A stretch of 64,000 nt of DNA. Source: Eledone cirrhosa (taxonomy: Eukaryota). Below are positions 12,805 through 24,830 of the stretch, piece after piece. The DNA lies in assembly GCA_964016885.1 (NCBI GenBank), contig OZ024755.1, positions 19,716,001 to 19,780,000 on the forward strand, given 5' to 3'. How positions within the stretch are numbered: the stretch's first letter is position 1; the number at the start of each line of letters is the position of its first letter. Position numbers and translations under genes: made by a program. The notes beneath the pieces were generated by a model. It was not told where the DNA came from. It did not search any database and was given only the letters and a program-made list of their open reading frames with translations.

Positions 12805-12975
12805 CCTACATGGTCGCTTGATTCGTTAGAAATAGCAGCCAAATTCCATTAAAACTACTGCTTATTTTAAAAACAGAACGATATACTGGATAATGGGATC
12901 CTGAATAAAAAATGAGATGATCAAAAATAGAATTTCCTTTGATCGTAGTTTTACTATTAAGGTGGACAACGACAA
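12805..12975 (+). mobile_element. Family I repeat, degenerate
   Basis: CCTACATGGTCGCTTGATTCGTTAGAAATAGCAGCCAAAT...CCTTTGATCGTAG...ACAACGACAAC. Confidence 0.65.
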
Positions 12976-13754
12976 CACAACTATCTTATATTTTCTTTTT
13001 ATATTCACCTGCAATCATTCTCATATGGTTTTAAGAGAATTTTCGTCACTTACAATTTTTAATGAAACTCGCATTACAAACGTTCATTAATTAAATAAAA
13101 TACTGCAGTGAATCAACAGGAATAACAACATTGGTTTCTGCCTAATGATCACGTCTAAAATCTGTAAGATTATGAAATACCAAAAGTCAGCAATAATCTT
13201 CGAATGATACAATATGTAGCTAAATTTGGAGAGACATTGTATTTGAATCGGTCCAGATTTTTTTGTTGCTAATATAATGATCGCCTTTGAGAAGGATTAA
13301 GCTACATTGTTAACTGAATACACGAGACTGTTGTGAATATGAGATGACTCTACGCTATGATAAAATACTATGGTGTCATAAAAAACGTATGACTGCTTCA
13401 AATATAATGATGACGTCAACACTTTGCATCAAATTTTGATAATCTGATTGACAAAAACTGAAATATCTCTTTAAAAATATCATTTTTAATACTAAAATCC
13501 TTTATAATGAGGGCGCCTAATTTACACAAACACATATTTATAGTTTTTTGTTTACAGAAATTATTAATCCTTTCTTCTATCACATCTCCAAATAGTTCAA
13601 TGTGGGAAACCTTGAAAATACTATTTCAACTTACACTAGTGTACGTATTTAGATGTACATGTATATTACCGATTGATATTTACTAGATGAAACCACGTTT
13701 AAACTTCTCCTTCCTAGAATTGTTTCTGCAACTTAATTCAAATTAATTTACATA

Positions 13755-13958
13755 TACGAAGGTCAGCTGGACAAGTCCATAGGCTGACCAAGATACTCTC
13801 ATGGAACGACCAAATGAGGTTTATGTTTTCGACAATATCCCCGGAAAGAAGCATTGCAGTTATTAATAAGGGGAGTTGAAATTAATGCATGAACAATTTC
13901 ACAGCTCTAGCACCACTCCTTCATAGCCAGCCTCTGAACGTTTCATTCGACCCTCATC
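13755..13958. mobile_element. Tc1/mariner-type MITE with degenerate terminal inverted repeats
   Basis: Left TACGAAGGTCAGCTGGACAAGTCCATAGGCTGAC and right GCCAGCCTCTGAACGTTTCATTCGACCCTCAT form an imperfect ~33-bp inverted repeat starting at TA. Confidence 0.6.
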
Positions 13959-14023
13959 TTGTGTGCAGCAGTGAATTCGTCTTAACTCTGAGTATATTTA
14001 CAATATATATATATATATATATA

Positions 14024-14095
14024 TAGGAAAAGAGTCAGAACCCCGACAGTAGAGCTCAAGCCGTTTCGAGAGTTATTTCTGGACTTCAGAAATAC
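14024..14095 (-). mobile_element. Family B copy 3 (tail-less arm only)
   Basis: ATAGGAAAAGAGTCAGAACCCCGACAGTAGAGCTCAAGCCGTTTCGAGAGTTATTTCTGGACTTCAGAAAT, directly after (TA)n. Confidence 0.75.
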
Positions 14096-15097
14096 ATATT
14101 TATACATACTCATATATATATTGATTATTTTTCATAATCACGCATGATGGTGAACTAGCCTGTTTTAAATTCCCTTTTTGGCATATTAATCTGTGAGAAT
14201 TTTGGTTATCGAGTTGAGCTCTGCTGAGGATCGAATTCCAACCGTGACCATCTCCACTGAAAGTTTTCGTGAAATAGTCTTTAAGACTATACAGAGCATT
14301 TGAGTTTTTCCAAATTGAAAGATGAGTATTTTAAACTTTATTTTATCATGATTTAAGCTCTATTGATTTTTCCCTGGATTTCACTAAATTCTGTTGGATG
14401 AATCTATATCCTGATTCTCTTTGAGATGAGTTTGAACTATTTTTCCCATTTTGACGCTATAGTCACTTATATATTATGGAATACTGTTGGCTCTTTGCTA
14501 CAATATTTTCTATACCTTTCATTTATATATATATATATATATACTTATGATTCTTTCGAGATAGGTGGGAAGACATTCCTGTTAAAAATAATAAAATCAA
14601 TAAACAATTTTAAAATTGTTGTCAAAAAGTGAAAACATCGAACTTCATCTCCTCGCAAAAGGTCAATATAGTTGAAATGTTGATGTTGATGTTGATGTTC
14701 ACAGATTTTACTCCGTGAGTTGCTACCTACTTCGATTTTTAGCTATAGATTCTTATACATTTTTAAACGAGAAAATTATAGCTGCATCTGCCGTAACATA
14801 AAAAAAATAGATTATTAAATATATACTTTCAATGGGATAACTAATTGATTATTTGATCAATTAGTTAATTGGTTTGTGCTTTAGAATGGTTTTAGGCCTG
14901 CAGAGATTTGTTAATATATTTCCAGGAATTATCCAAATGAACACCAAAAAAATCTCTTATTTAGCAACTATAATAAAATATTGATAACAATACACAGAGG
15001 GGCTTTTAATATTCCCCTCATTTACAACCTGGTATGATGCTTACATACTTTACGAATCGAATAAAGCTATAACGATAGTAAACAACAATAATAATAA

Positions 15098-16125
15098 TAA
15101 TTGTTTCTACTTTAGGCACATGGCCAGCAATTTGAAGGTGAGGGGAAAGTCAATTAAATCAACCGCAATGCATTACTGGTACTTTATATTATCACCCTAA
15201 GCTAAACTCGGCGGCATTTGAACTGTAAGAGAGAAACACAAACAAGAATAATAATTGTTTTGATATTTGGCACAAGGCTAGCAATTACCCAGTGTATTAC
15301 TGGTACTTTATTTTATCGACCCCGTAAGGATGAAAGGCAAAGTTAACCTCGGCGGGATTTGAACTCAGAATGGCAAGGGCCGTAACTCTATTCGTCAAAG
15401 CATGGCGCCCGATCCTCTACCGATACTGCCAATCCACAACAGAATAATAATGGTTTCTTATATAGGCACAAGGCCATCAATTTTGGGGGAGGGGAAAGTC
15501 GATTAAATCGACCTCAGTGCGTTACTGGTACTTTATTTTATCAACGCGGTAAGGATGAAAGGCAAAGCTAACCTCGGCGGGATTTGAGCTGTAAGATAGC
15601 AACACTCATGTTGTCTACTTTTGGCACAAGGACAGCAATTATCCCAGTACATTACTGGTACTTTATTTTATCGACCCCGTAAGGATGAAAGGCAAAATTA
15701 ACCTCCGCGGGATTTGAACTCAAACCGTAAAGGGCCATAACTCTATGCTGCAAAGCATGGCGTCCGACCCTCTAACAATATTATTAATAATAATTGTTTC
15801 TACTTTTGGCAGAAGGCCAGCAAATACCCAATACATTACTGGTACTTTATTTTATCGACCCCGTAAGGATGAAAGGTAAAGTTAACCTCGGCGGGATTTG
15901 AACTCAAACCGTAACTCTTTGCTGCAAAGCATGGCGTCAGACCCTCTACCGATACTGCCAATCCACTAATAATGATTTCTGATTTAGGTACAAGGCCAGC
16001 ATTTTAGGGGAGGGGAAAGTCGATTAAATCGATCCCAGTGCATAACTGGTACTTTATTTATTGATCCCGTAAGGATGAAAGGCAAGGTTAACCTCGGTGG
16101 GATTTGAACTGTAAGAGAGCAACAG
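15098..16125 (-). mobile_element. Cluster of six head-to-tail family A SINEs (long 5'-truncated and short variants)
   Basis: Six recurrences of TACTGGTACTTTAT..TTATC; the long variant carries GGGGAAAGTCGATTAAATCGA. Confidence 0.9.
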
Positions 16126-16533
16126 AAAAATGTACCGATGCATCATTTTATGTTGTTAAGGTTGAATGTGTGTGTACTTAACTTAAAAGACCCCCCCCCC
16201 CCCACTTAAGAAATATATAATAACTCTAGGTATATACACATGCTTTATATAAACTATGAAATTTACAGTGCCATGGATAACATCAGAAGATTCTTTGTGT
16301 CCAATTCCGTATAAGAAAAAAATGATGAGAATATTTCCATTTACTTAATTAACAATCAAACTTTGTTCGGTGCCTGAAAGCAGGCCACATGTTTTAGTAA
16401 ATTGGAAATATAGCACTTATGTTAAACACGTCACAGGGAAGCAACACTTATAAGGGGGAAGCTAGAAACATGGCTTCATTTTTAATACAATTAACATCAG
16501 GTGTAAAAAAAAAATTAGTTTGCAAGAAGAAAT

Positions 16534-16723
16534 TAATTGTTTCTATTTTTGGCACAAGGCCAGGAATTATGTACCAGTGCATTACTGGTACTTTATTTTA
16601 TCGATCCCGTAAGAATGAAAGGCAAAGTTAACCTCGGCGGGATTTGAACTCAGACCGTAAAGGGACGTAACTATGCTGGAAAGCATGGTGTCCAACCCTC
16701 TACCCATACTGCCAATCCACCGC
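16534..16723 (-). mobile_element. Family A SINE
   Basis: Full-length match to the family consensus. Confidence 0.9.
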
Positions 16724-16983
16724 AAGAAGACATTAATGTTTATAATACTAATTACACACACACACACATATATATATACATATATATATATATACACATT
16801 AAAAAAGACAAACACGGAGATGCAAAAACGCAGTCTTATTAGTTTCACGCTTGGGAAGAAGTAAATATATATATATATATATATTTACACATATATATAT
16901 ATATACACACACACACGCAAAAAGCGTGAAACTAACAATTCTTTGTGTTACTGAAACTGTATTTCTCTTTTTAATCTTGAACA

Positions 16984-17023
<40 letters not shown>

Positions 17024-17666
17024 TGAACATTATTGGCAAAGCTTCAGCTTCGATGTGTATGACATCCATTTCAATTAAGAAATGTTGTTTATTCATGACG
17101 TTAATGTACATTTTTAGACTTTATTTCTAGAGTAGTGTTTGCACTCAATCTGTTATGAACTCTTCTCCGAAATGTAAGAGCAAGTATATTTTTCAAAGTT
17201 AGGAAGAAAATATGTAAATTACCATAAATATTTTTTCATATCGTGCATGATTATGTTTTGAATGAGTACTTCTATTAGTTTATTTATTGATTAATTAATT
17301 TTAGTAATTATATTTATTTATTTACTGTTTCTCTATAATTAATCTTGTAATTAATTAATTAAATTCATTTATTTACAATTTTGTTAATATTAAATGAAAT
17401 CTCGAAAATGATAAAAATAATAAAAAAAATATTAATATTTTCAAATTATTACAGCTTGTTGTCAGAGATTTAGATTATTGCAGTTCGTTATAAGATATTG
17501 TTGAAGTAAGAAATATACTGGTTCGTTGAAACATGCAAAGTACTACATTCAGTATAAACTGGATAATTAATCCACCACTACCCCAGCCCCCACTAAGCAG
17601 GTGTTAAAGAAAATTAATCAACCGGATAAAAATGCCGACTACTAACACGTCTCGCATTTCATCGTT

Positions 17667-18125
17667 TCTGAGAGCAGAGCAGGAAACCTGACCACAGATC
17701 CTCAACTTATCTGAGAGTAGAGCAGGAAACCTCGCCACAGATCCTCAACTTATCTGAGAGCAGAGCAGGAAACCTCGCCATAGATATCCAACTTATTTGA
17801 GAGTAGAGCAGGAAACCTCGCCATAGATCTCCAACTTATCTGAGAGTAAAGCAGGAAACCTCGCCATAGATCTCCAACTTATCTGAGAGAAGAGCAGGAA
17901 ACCTCGCCATAGATCTCCAACTTATCTGAGAGTAAAGCAGGAAACCTGACCACAGATCCCCAACTTATATGAAAGCAGGGCAGAAAATCTGACCACAGAC
18001 CCCAAACTTATATGAAAGCAGGGCAGAAAATTTCACCACAGACCCCCAACTTATCTGAGAGCAGAGCAGTAAAACCTTGTCACAGATCCCAAACTTATAT
18101 GAAAGCAAAGCAGGAAACCTCGACA
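17667..18125. repeat. 43-bp minisatellite, about 10.5 copies (TCTGAGAGTAGAGCAGGAAACCTCGCCACAGATCCTCAACTTA)
   Basis: Unit starts at 17667, 17710, 17753 and onward; no spacers. Confidence 0.9.
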
Positions 18126-18167
18126 CAAGAACCCTCGCCACAGGAAACCTCGCCGCGAAGCATGATG

Positions 18168-18325
18168 GAGAGGGAAAAGTTGATTAAATCAACCCCAGTG
18201 CGTCACTAGTACTTTATTTTATCGAGCCCCCGTAAGGAGGAAAAGCAAAGCTAACCCCAGCAGAATTTGAACACAGAACGTAAGGAGATGCAGCTCAATG
18301 CCGCAAAGCATTTTGTCCGACATTC
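18168..18325 (-). mobile_element. Degenerate family A SINE (long variant)
   Basis: GGAAAAGTTGATTAAATCAACCCCAGTGCG...TTTATTTTATCGA...ATTTGAACACAGAACGTAA. Confidence 0.75.
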
Positions 18326-21300
18326 TCTCAAAAATACTTAATAATGAAAGAAAGATTAATTTTTAATTGTGGAATACCCTAACAGAAAATTCATGAATGA
18401 TTACAATATGTTGCTATCCTGAATAGATATTGCACTAAAATAGGTTTGAAACATGACTGAGATACCATATTCCTGTTTATTTGTTACAGAGATAATTGTC
18501 TCAAAACTCAATTTGAATTAAACTATTCTATAATACACTTTTGTTTTATTGATTCCTCTTTGAAAATTCCGTTTTTTTAGTAATTTCCAATGAGTTTTGT
18601 AATTCAAAACACGATTCGAAATGAAAACATTGGCGTTATTAAGGAATGTGAAGTCATAATGAAGACATTAAATAATACGATAATGAAGGACACAGAGAGC
18701 ACTTCAAACAGACGTAGCTTTATAGAACAACCTTAAGTAGTCAGCAGTTAACTCTATTTAGTGCATGATTAATTTATCATCTATACTTAATTAACTAGCC
18801 ATAAATTGTATCATCTAAATAGCGCAGTAAATTCAGATTTATTATTTGCTGCAAGGCTTTCTAAAATTCTCTCTATTCTACTTTTATTTGCTTATGTCGC
18901 TGAGACGTTAATTAATTAAATGCGATACCCATTGTATATTGGTTCAATTCGGCTACTTGAAGAAAAGCGTGGTACTGCTATCGCAATTTCTAAGATAATT
19001 TAAGATTGCTCTGCCTTCTGTATAAAAGGTTGCTACAACACAATCAAGTGCTACTCATAAAACAAGCCACCAGATTAGACGCAATTCATGTCAGCTTGAA
19101 ATTGTTCTAAACAACTACAGTGCATAAAGAAAATTTATTACCAGCAACAATTAGTTTGTGTTATTATACTGGAACAAATGATATTTATTGACAATTCAAA
19201 GCTAATTTTTCAACAACTATTTCTGCATGCTTTGTTCCATTATAGTGGCATAAATTTTAACACGTTTCTTTTCTTTAATTTGGTTCGTGTTTTCAATTTC
19301 CTAACAATATTAGATACAATACCATATGATGAATCCCAGTATTGTGTGAACTGAAGCCGCCACTTTTACAGTTGTTAAGTCTTCAGTGAAGTACAATGTA
19401 ATATATCTCCGACTATTTACAAAAACAAACCTGAACACCATGTGCGTCATAGCTCCTTAATACCTAAGTAAACTTTGATATGATTCCCATGCTTTGTTAA
19501 GAAGTACTACCTCAAGACACACACACACACCTATATATATATATATATAATTCGGACAAAGCCAATCGTGCGCGAAAATACACATGTCTGCTGTAAGTAT
19601 TTTACAGGAAAATTAAAACAAGATTCAGGCATGTTTAAAGATATTTGGACATATTTAGTTTATAAATCCTATTATAATAATCTAATTTAATTTCGAAATC
19701 TCACGGACAAGATGTCAGTATTTAGAGACCACTGTAAACCACTTGGACTGGCTTGCTAAAATAGTTTAAATTATCTGTATCTAACTTTGAAGATGAAGTG
19801 AACGATAAGGAGGATAACTAAACAAATGGTGATATAGAATGGAAAGTAAATACTTTGACAGAAGCCGTCTATTTGTATTTATCGAGTGATTTGTTTTATG
19901 TTTCACGTTGAATAAACGTTTTTATCACACAAAGAGAAGCAAAGTAACAGCTTTAGTTGTCGGAACATCTATAAATTGACTGAGAACTGAGATATAATCC
20001 GAATCTATGGATATGTTTGTGATATAAGAGGTTATAATCATTTGTGCACAGGTTGAATTCTTACAAGTTTATTCAACGTAATAAACTGTAACATTTTTCT
20101 GAATATCTCATAAGACATTTGTAAAGTATATTTATGATTCAGTGTTGCCATAACTGCTTGTGTAGCCTTTAAAACTATTATCCTGTAATAGAGATTCTAC
20201 ATGTTTGCTCCTATAACATTGAGTTTCATAGCTTCTACATATCAGCGCTGAACGAATCCTTCAGAACATCATACGAGATCGTGAGTGGCATCTCCTAATA
20301 CGTATATAAGAACAGGTAAAGTAAACTAGAATAATAAAAAAAAAAAAATCTACGATTCAACTTTCTATTTAATAATTTTTCAAAAGGTTTCTCTTCTTCG
20401 CAAATGTATTTATTTAGCTGATAATATATTCGCATATATTAATGAGTGCAAATGTGAATTTTAAGGAATAGGAAATGCTTAATTTTGGAGCTGCAATTGT
20501 TTTACAAATGAGTTCAGTTAAGAAGAAGTATTGAAACAGAACCAATTACACCGAGAAAGAATCATTTTAGCAATGTGTTCTTGAATAACTAAAATGATTC
20601 GTCCACGATGCAATGTCTAAATATATGGTAGTAGAAAACTAATTTTCACAAAATAGGAAAAATAGAATAAAATCAAAAAAATATATTAAAACAGTTTTAA
20701 TAGAATTTATAAAGAATGTACAATAGTTACATACAGTCGTAGGAGGAAATTATTAAAGAGATAATTGGAAAATGTGCTGGAGGATTAAATTCATTTTGAA
20801 ATTGGGGTGATGGTTTGATTAATTCTTATTACAGACTTAATTGTGGATTAGATGCAAATTGAAACGAAAGAAAGCCACAGATTTAGAATCATATAGAAAA
20901 AAAAAACAAAACAATAGGGGGAAATATAGTTACAATAGTTATTTGGGCGCGATTTATATTACATGGAATTTAAATCAATGTTTATTTCAACGGAAAGATT
21001 CCCTTTATACTGTATATATTTCATAACCAGTTATAAAAATTCATTATTTGAGTAACATACGTTGAATAATTATAATTAGTAAACGAATGAATTATCCCAG
21101 ATAAATAGCATGTGTGATGTGCAATATACTATACATGGTTTAAATGGCAAGGAATTTAGAAAGACCTTCAGGATTTAGTTGGTTCCATTAGGTATATCAT
21201 ATTTAACAACTCCAGTAAGAAATCTGTAGATAAAATATTTTGCAGTCTATCCTAAGGGCCTTTATACATTCTGAGTTCAAATCTCACCGTAGGTGGGGCT

Positions 21301-21932
21301 ATCTTCCTCAACATTTTAGAGCCTAAATTGAAGACTCTTACCCAAGATGCCACGAATTGAACTAAAACCAAACTCACGTAGCAAACAAACATCTTAACAA
21401 TACAAGCATGTTTATGCCTATGGTACAGCTGACCAGGAAAGTCTCCTTCAGACAATTAGAGGTTATTCAATTATAAATCTTGTAATAATAAAGTGAAAAA
21501 TAAAATGAGCCATCATATCGTACATAGCATTTCAATCTAATTTACCTGCAAATCCCACATTAAGTTGCCAGAAATGCGAAAACTTTAATTGACAGGTTGT
21601 CACTTGTAGTCCTGTTACAACGTAGCTCAAACGAATGCTTCTGCGTGATTTCTTAGACATCACCAAAATTTTGACAGATACATTTCAGTGTGATTTCTTG
21701 CGTTTTGCTTCTTTATTATTTTCATTGTTGTGGTGGTCATGGTATCAGAACACTAGACTAAATGTTTTATTATATCCAGTTCGATATCTGTTCATTCTGA
21801 GTTGAAATCTTGATAGTATCAGTTTTACTATATTTAAATTTTAGCTTCGATAACATAAGTTAATTACTAGTAACATTCTAAATTGATTTAAGTAGCTACA
21901 TTTCTACTTTGTTTTCCCCTTTATATATATAT

Positions 21933-21986
21933 AAAGGTTTTTTTTATTCAATTAGAAGGATTAAATTGTTTGTTCACATGAGATTA

Positions 21987-22039
<53 letters not shown>

Positions 22040-22094
22040 ATAAAGGTTTGTTTATTCAATTAGAAGGATTAAATTGTTTGTTCACATGAGATTA

Positions 22095-22132
<38 letters not shown>

Positions 22133-22185
22133 AAAGGTTTGTTTATTCAATTAGAAGGATTAAATTGTTTGTTGACATGAGATTA

Positions 22186-22188
<3 letters not shown>
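21933..22188. repeat. Three 56-bp direct repeats separated by (TA)n; inverted copy at 23227-23279
   Basis: AAAGGTTTGTTTATTCAATTAGAAGGATTAAATTGTTTGTTCACATGAGATTAGT x3. Confidence 0.9.
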
Positions 22189-22221
<33 letters not shown>

Positions 22222-23010
22222 AAGGCGAGAGAGAGATGAATATATAATATATATATACAAGTGGAAGATTAGTAAAATCGAAGCTTTGGCTGTGGCCAAG
22301 CTAACGACCGACGATTAGGAATGAGCAGCAAAGCACTCAATAAAGTAGAAGGCCTTAGAGTAATAACATACGTTTAGACAGCTTGATTGAAAACTGCGGC
22401 AGGTAGACCTAGCCACACAATACCAAAACAAGGAAAAAACTAATCAGGTTAGACAACTGACCTGGACATAGCGAACGATATTTTGCAATACGTCCGATAG
22501 GTTTCTATGAAATCGAAATCTTACATCCAGCTTACGTAATGTGTAAGCCTGTGGTATTTCATGATCGAACAGAGGATTCACGTCATCAACAGGAAATTTC
22601 GTTCTATGCCCCAAGCCCGTGTGAAATGTAACGCTGAACTGCTGCTGTTGGCAGCCCTCAGTGTTTTACTGTCACGTGTTATTTCCAACAAGGGAAGTAC
22701 CCTCGGTTTTGAGCGGGTAAATTCACAGTGTGAACAAAGGAAATCAATTCCGTTCCAGATTCCGAATGAAAAGCTCTCGACTAGACATTATTAAACAAAC
22801 ATAGATAATTAACCAATCAATGGAATTGTCTAATTAACTAAAAAAAAAAAAAAGAAATATATATATATATGATCTAATATAGCTATACTCTTCTGTCCCA
22901 AGTATCGAGTTCTCTGTTAAGTAATGGTCTAACTAGTTTAAAACTGGTACTATCCTTATATATAATGTATTATATATATATATAATATATATAATATATA
23001 TATATATATA

Positions 23011-23190
23011 TAATTGTTTCTACGTTAGGCACAAGGCCAGCAATCACCCAGTGCATTACTGGTACTTTAATTTATCGACCCCGTAAGGATGAAAGGCAAA
23101 GTCAACCTCGGCGGGATTTGAACTCAGATCGTAAAGGGACGTAACTATGCTGGAAAGCATGGCGTCCGACCCTCTACCGATACTGCCAAT

Positions 23191-23193
<3 letters not shown>
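23011..23193 (-). mobile_element. Family A SINE inserted within (TA)n
   Basis: Near-consensus copy. Confidence 0.9.
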
Positions 23194-23228
<35 letters not shown>

Positions 23229-24439
23229 TAATCTCATGTGAACAAACAATTTAATCCTCCTAATTGAATAAACAAATCTGCTTCAATTCTCGGTTGATTC
23301 GAAGTAGCGTGTCTTATGCTCCTAAATCTCCAGCAAATGCAATAGCATGCATCTCTCATTCCCCGGAGTTTAGGAGGACATTTTAAAAATGCTACAGAAT
23401 ATTATAGAGAAATTTATTGTTGTTCTATTTTCAAGTACAGTAGTTGATATTATTCATACGGTTTTACATGAATATAGAACATAGGAAAATGATATGGTCT
23501 AATATTTGGAACTAGTTATGATCCGAACTGACATCAATAGGACGAGAAGGGAAAATAAGAGGTCGTCTCTATATATGTGTGGTATAAGACGATGTGGATA
23601 TTAAGTTTCTGGCTGAAGTCCTTATACAATTCCAGGAATTTGTACAAGAACATTTCCTCGTTTGAAACGTTAGTTATTTCCTTATCCGTTTTGGTTTTAT
23701 TCTTTAATATAATTATTACTTACAAACTGGGCCGGAGCCAAATGTAAAAAAATATATTTCAAATCGATATTATGAAACATTTTACTCTAGGCAGTATAAT
23801 TTTATATAGTTTTGTTAATCCAAAACCTTTGTGAAGTCTGTATTTATGATAAATATACATGCCCTCCCCCTTAAATATACGTCATTTTGTATATTTGTTT
23901 ATATTTCGATATCACTGTAAAGGTTTATTTTATTAGGCTATTTGATGTTTAACTACGTGCTCCAGCAGAACATATAACTTGAAAAATTATCATGATGTGA
24001 TATTATATATTCGTAAAATTGTATTTCTTTTTCGTATAACTTCAAATATACGTTAATATAATGATTGCTGGTGTGAGAAAGAAATAAGTTAGTTATAGAG
24101 AGAAAAAACTCGAAATATATTAGTATTTATTTTAAAATCGGATTATATTGGAAAGGAAAAAAGAAATACCTGACAGTTATTTGAAATTTACCTGTGAATT
24201 AGAGGTGTGTATGATAGCTCGGGAAGTAAAAGCTTCAATATAACCTATTGATATTGTTTCTTTTTCACTAAACACGAGCCAATTTTTGTATGGATTGTTA
24301 TATTCAGTTGGTTTTTTTAATAGTTTTCTCCGGAGAGATGTGTGCAGCATGGTTCCAGTAGAGTTTCTGAGGCCATTGCTTGGGAGGGATTTGTGTATGG
24401 TTTCAGTAGAGATTCCAAGACCGTTGAGATAGAGCTGGT

Positions 24440-24830
24440 TACTATTCCTCGTTACGAATTGCGCTTTGATAGCTACAGAAACAACATATTAAGGGAGGGG
24501 ATTCCAGGTGGTTAGGTTCTGGGAAATAAGGATTGAGTGTAGTGGTTATCACAGTACCGGGAGAGTAGTTGATACAATATGGACAACGAGAAGAGAAGAG
24601 ACGGGTGTATCGGAAAGTCTCGTCAGAGTAGGTACGAGATCAGCCACCTTTGAGTGATAGCAAAATAACAGAATGATAATATAGTATGTTTCAGTGTAGA
24701 ATACTAGGGTGTATTGCTGTATGTGTATTGGTGAACTGGCGGGTGGTTTTAGATCAGTTAGAATGGTGGCTGTGTTAGGGATTAAATCAAATTGCCCTCT
24801 GTTTATTACAGGCATTAATTTCACTGTGTT
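24440..24830 (-). mobile_element. Decayed CR1/L2-like LINE 3' coding remnant
   Basis: Minus-strand pieces ..LVFY..YY.., VADLVP, and CTGGAATCCCCTCCCT (WNPLP) resemble the CR1-clade ORF2 C-terminal 'FFPRT..WN.LP' region; frameshifted. Confidence 0.5.

Noticed and set aside
21933-22188. CRISPR-like repeat/spacer appearance (also the 43-bp and 40-bp arrays)
   Set aside because: Spacers are (TA)n or absent, there are no cas genes, and the context is eukaryotic.
22400-22500. TTDLDIANDIL, resembling the RTE reverse transcriptase motif TDLDYADDI
   Set aside because: Only about 10 residues, the catalytic DD is not intact and stops surround it; needs tBLASTn to support.
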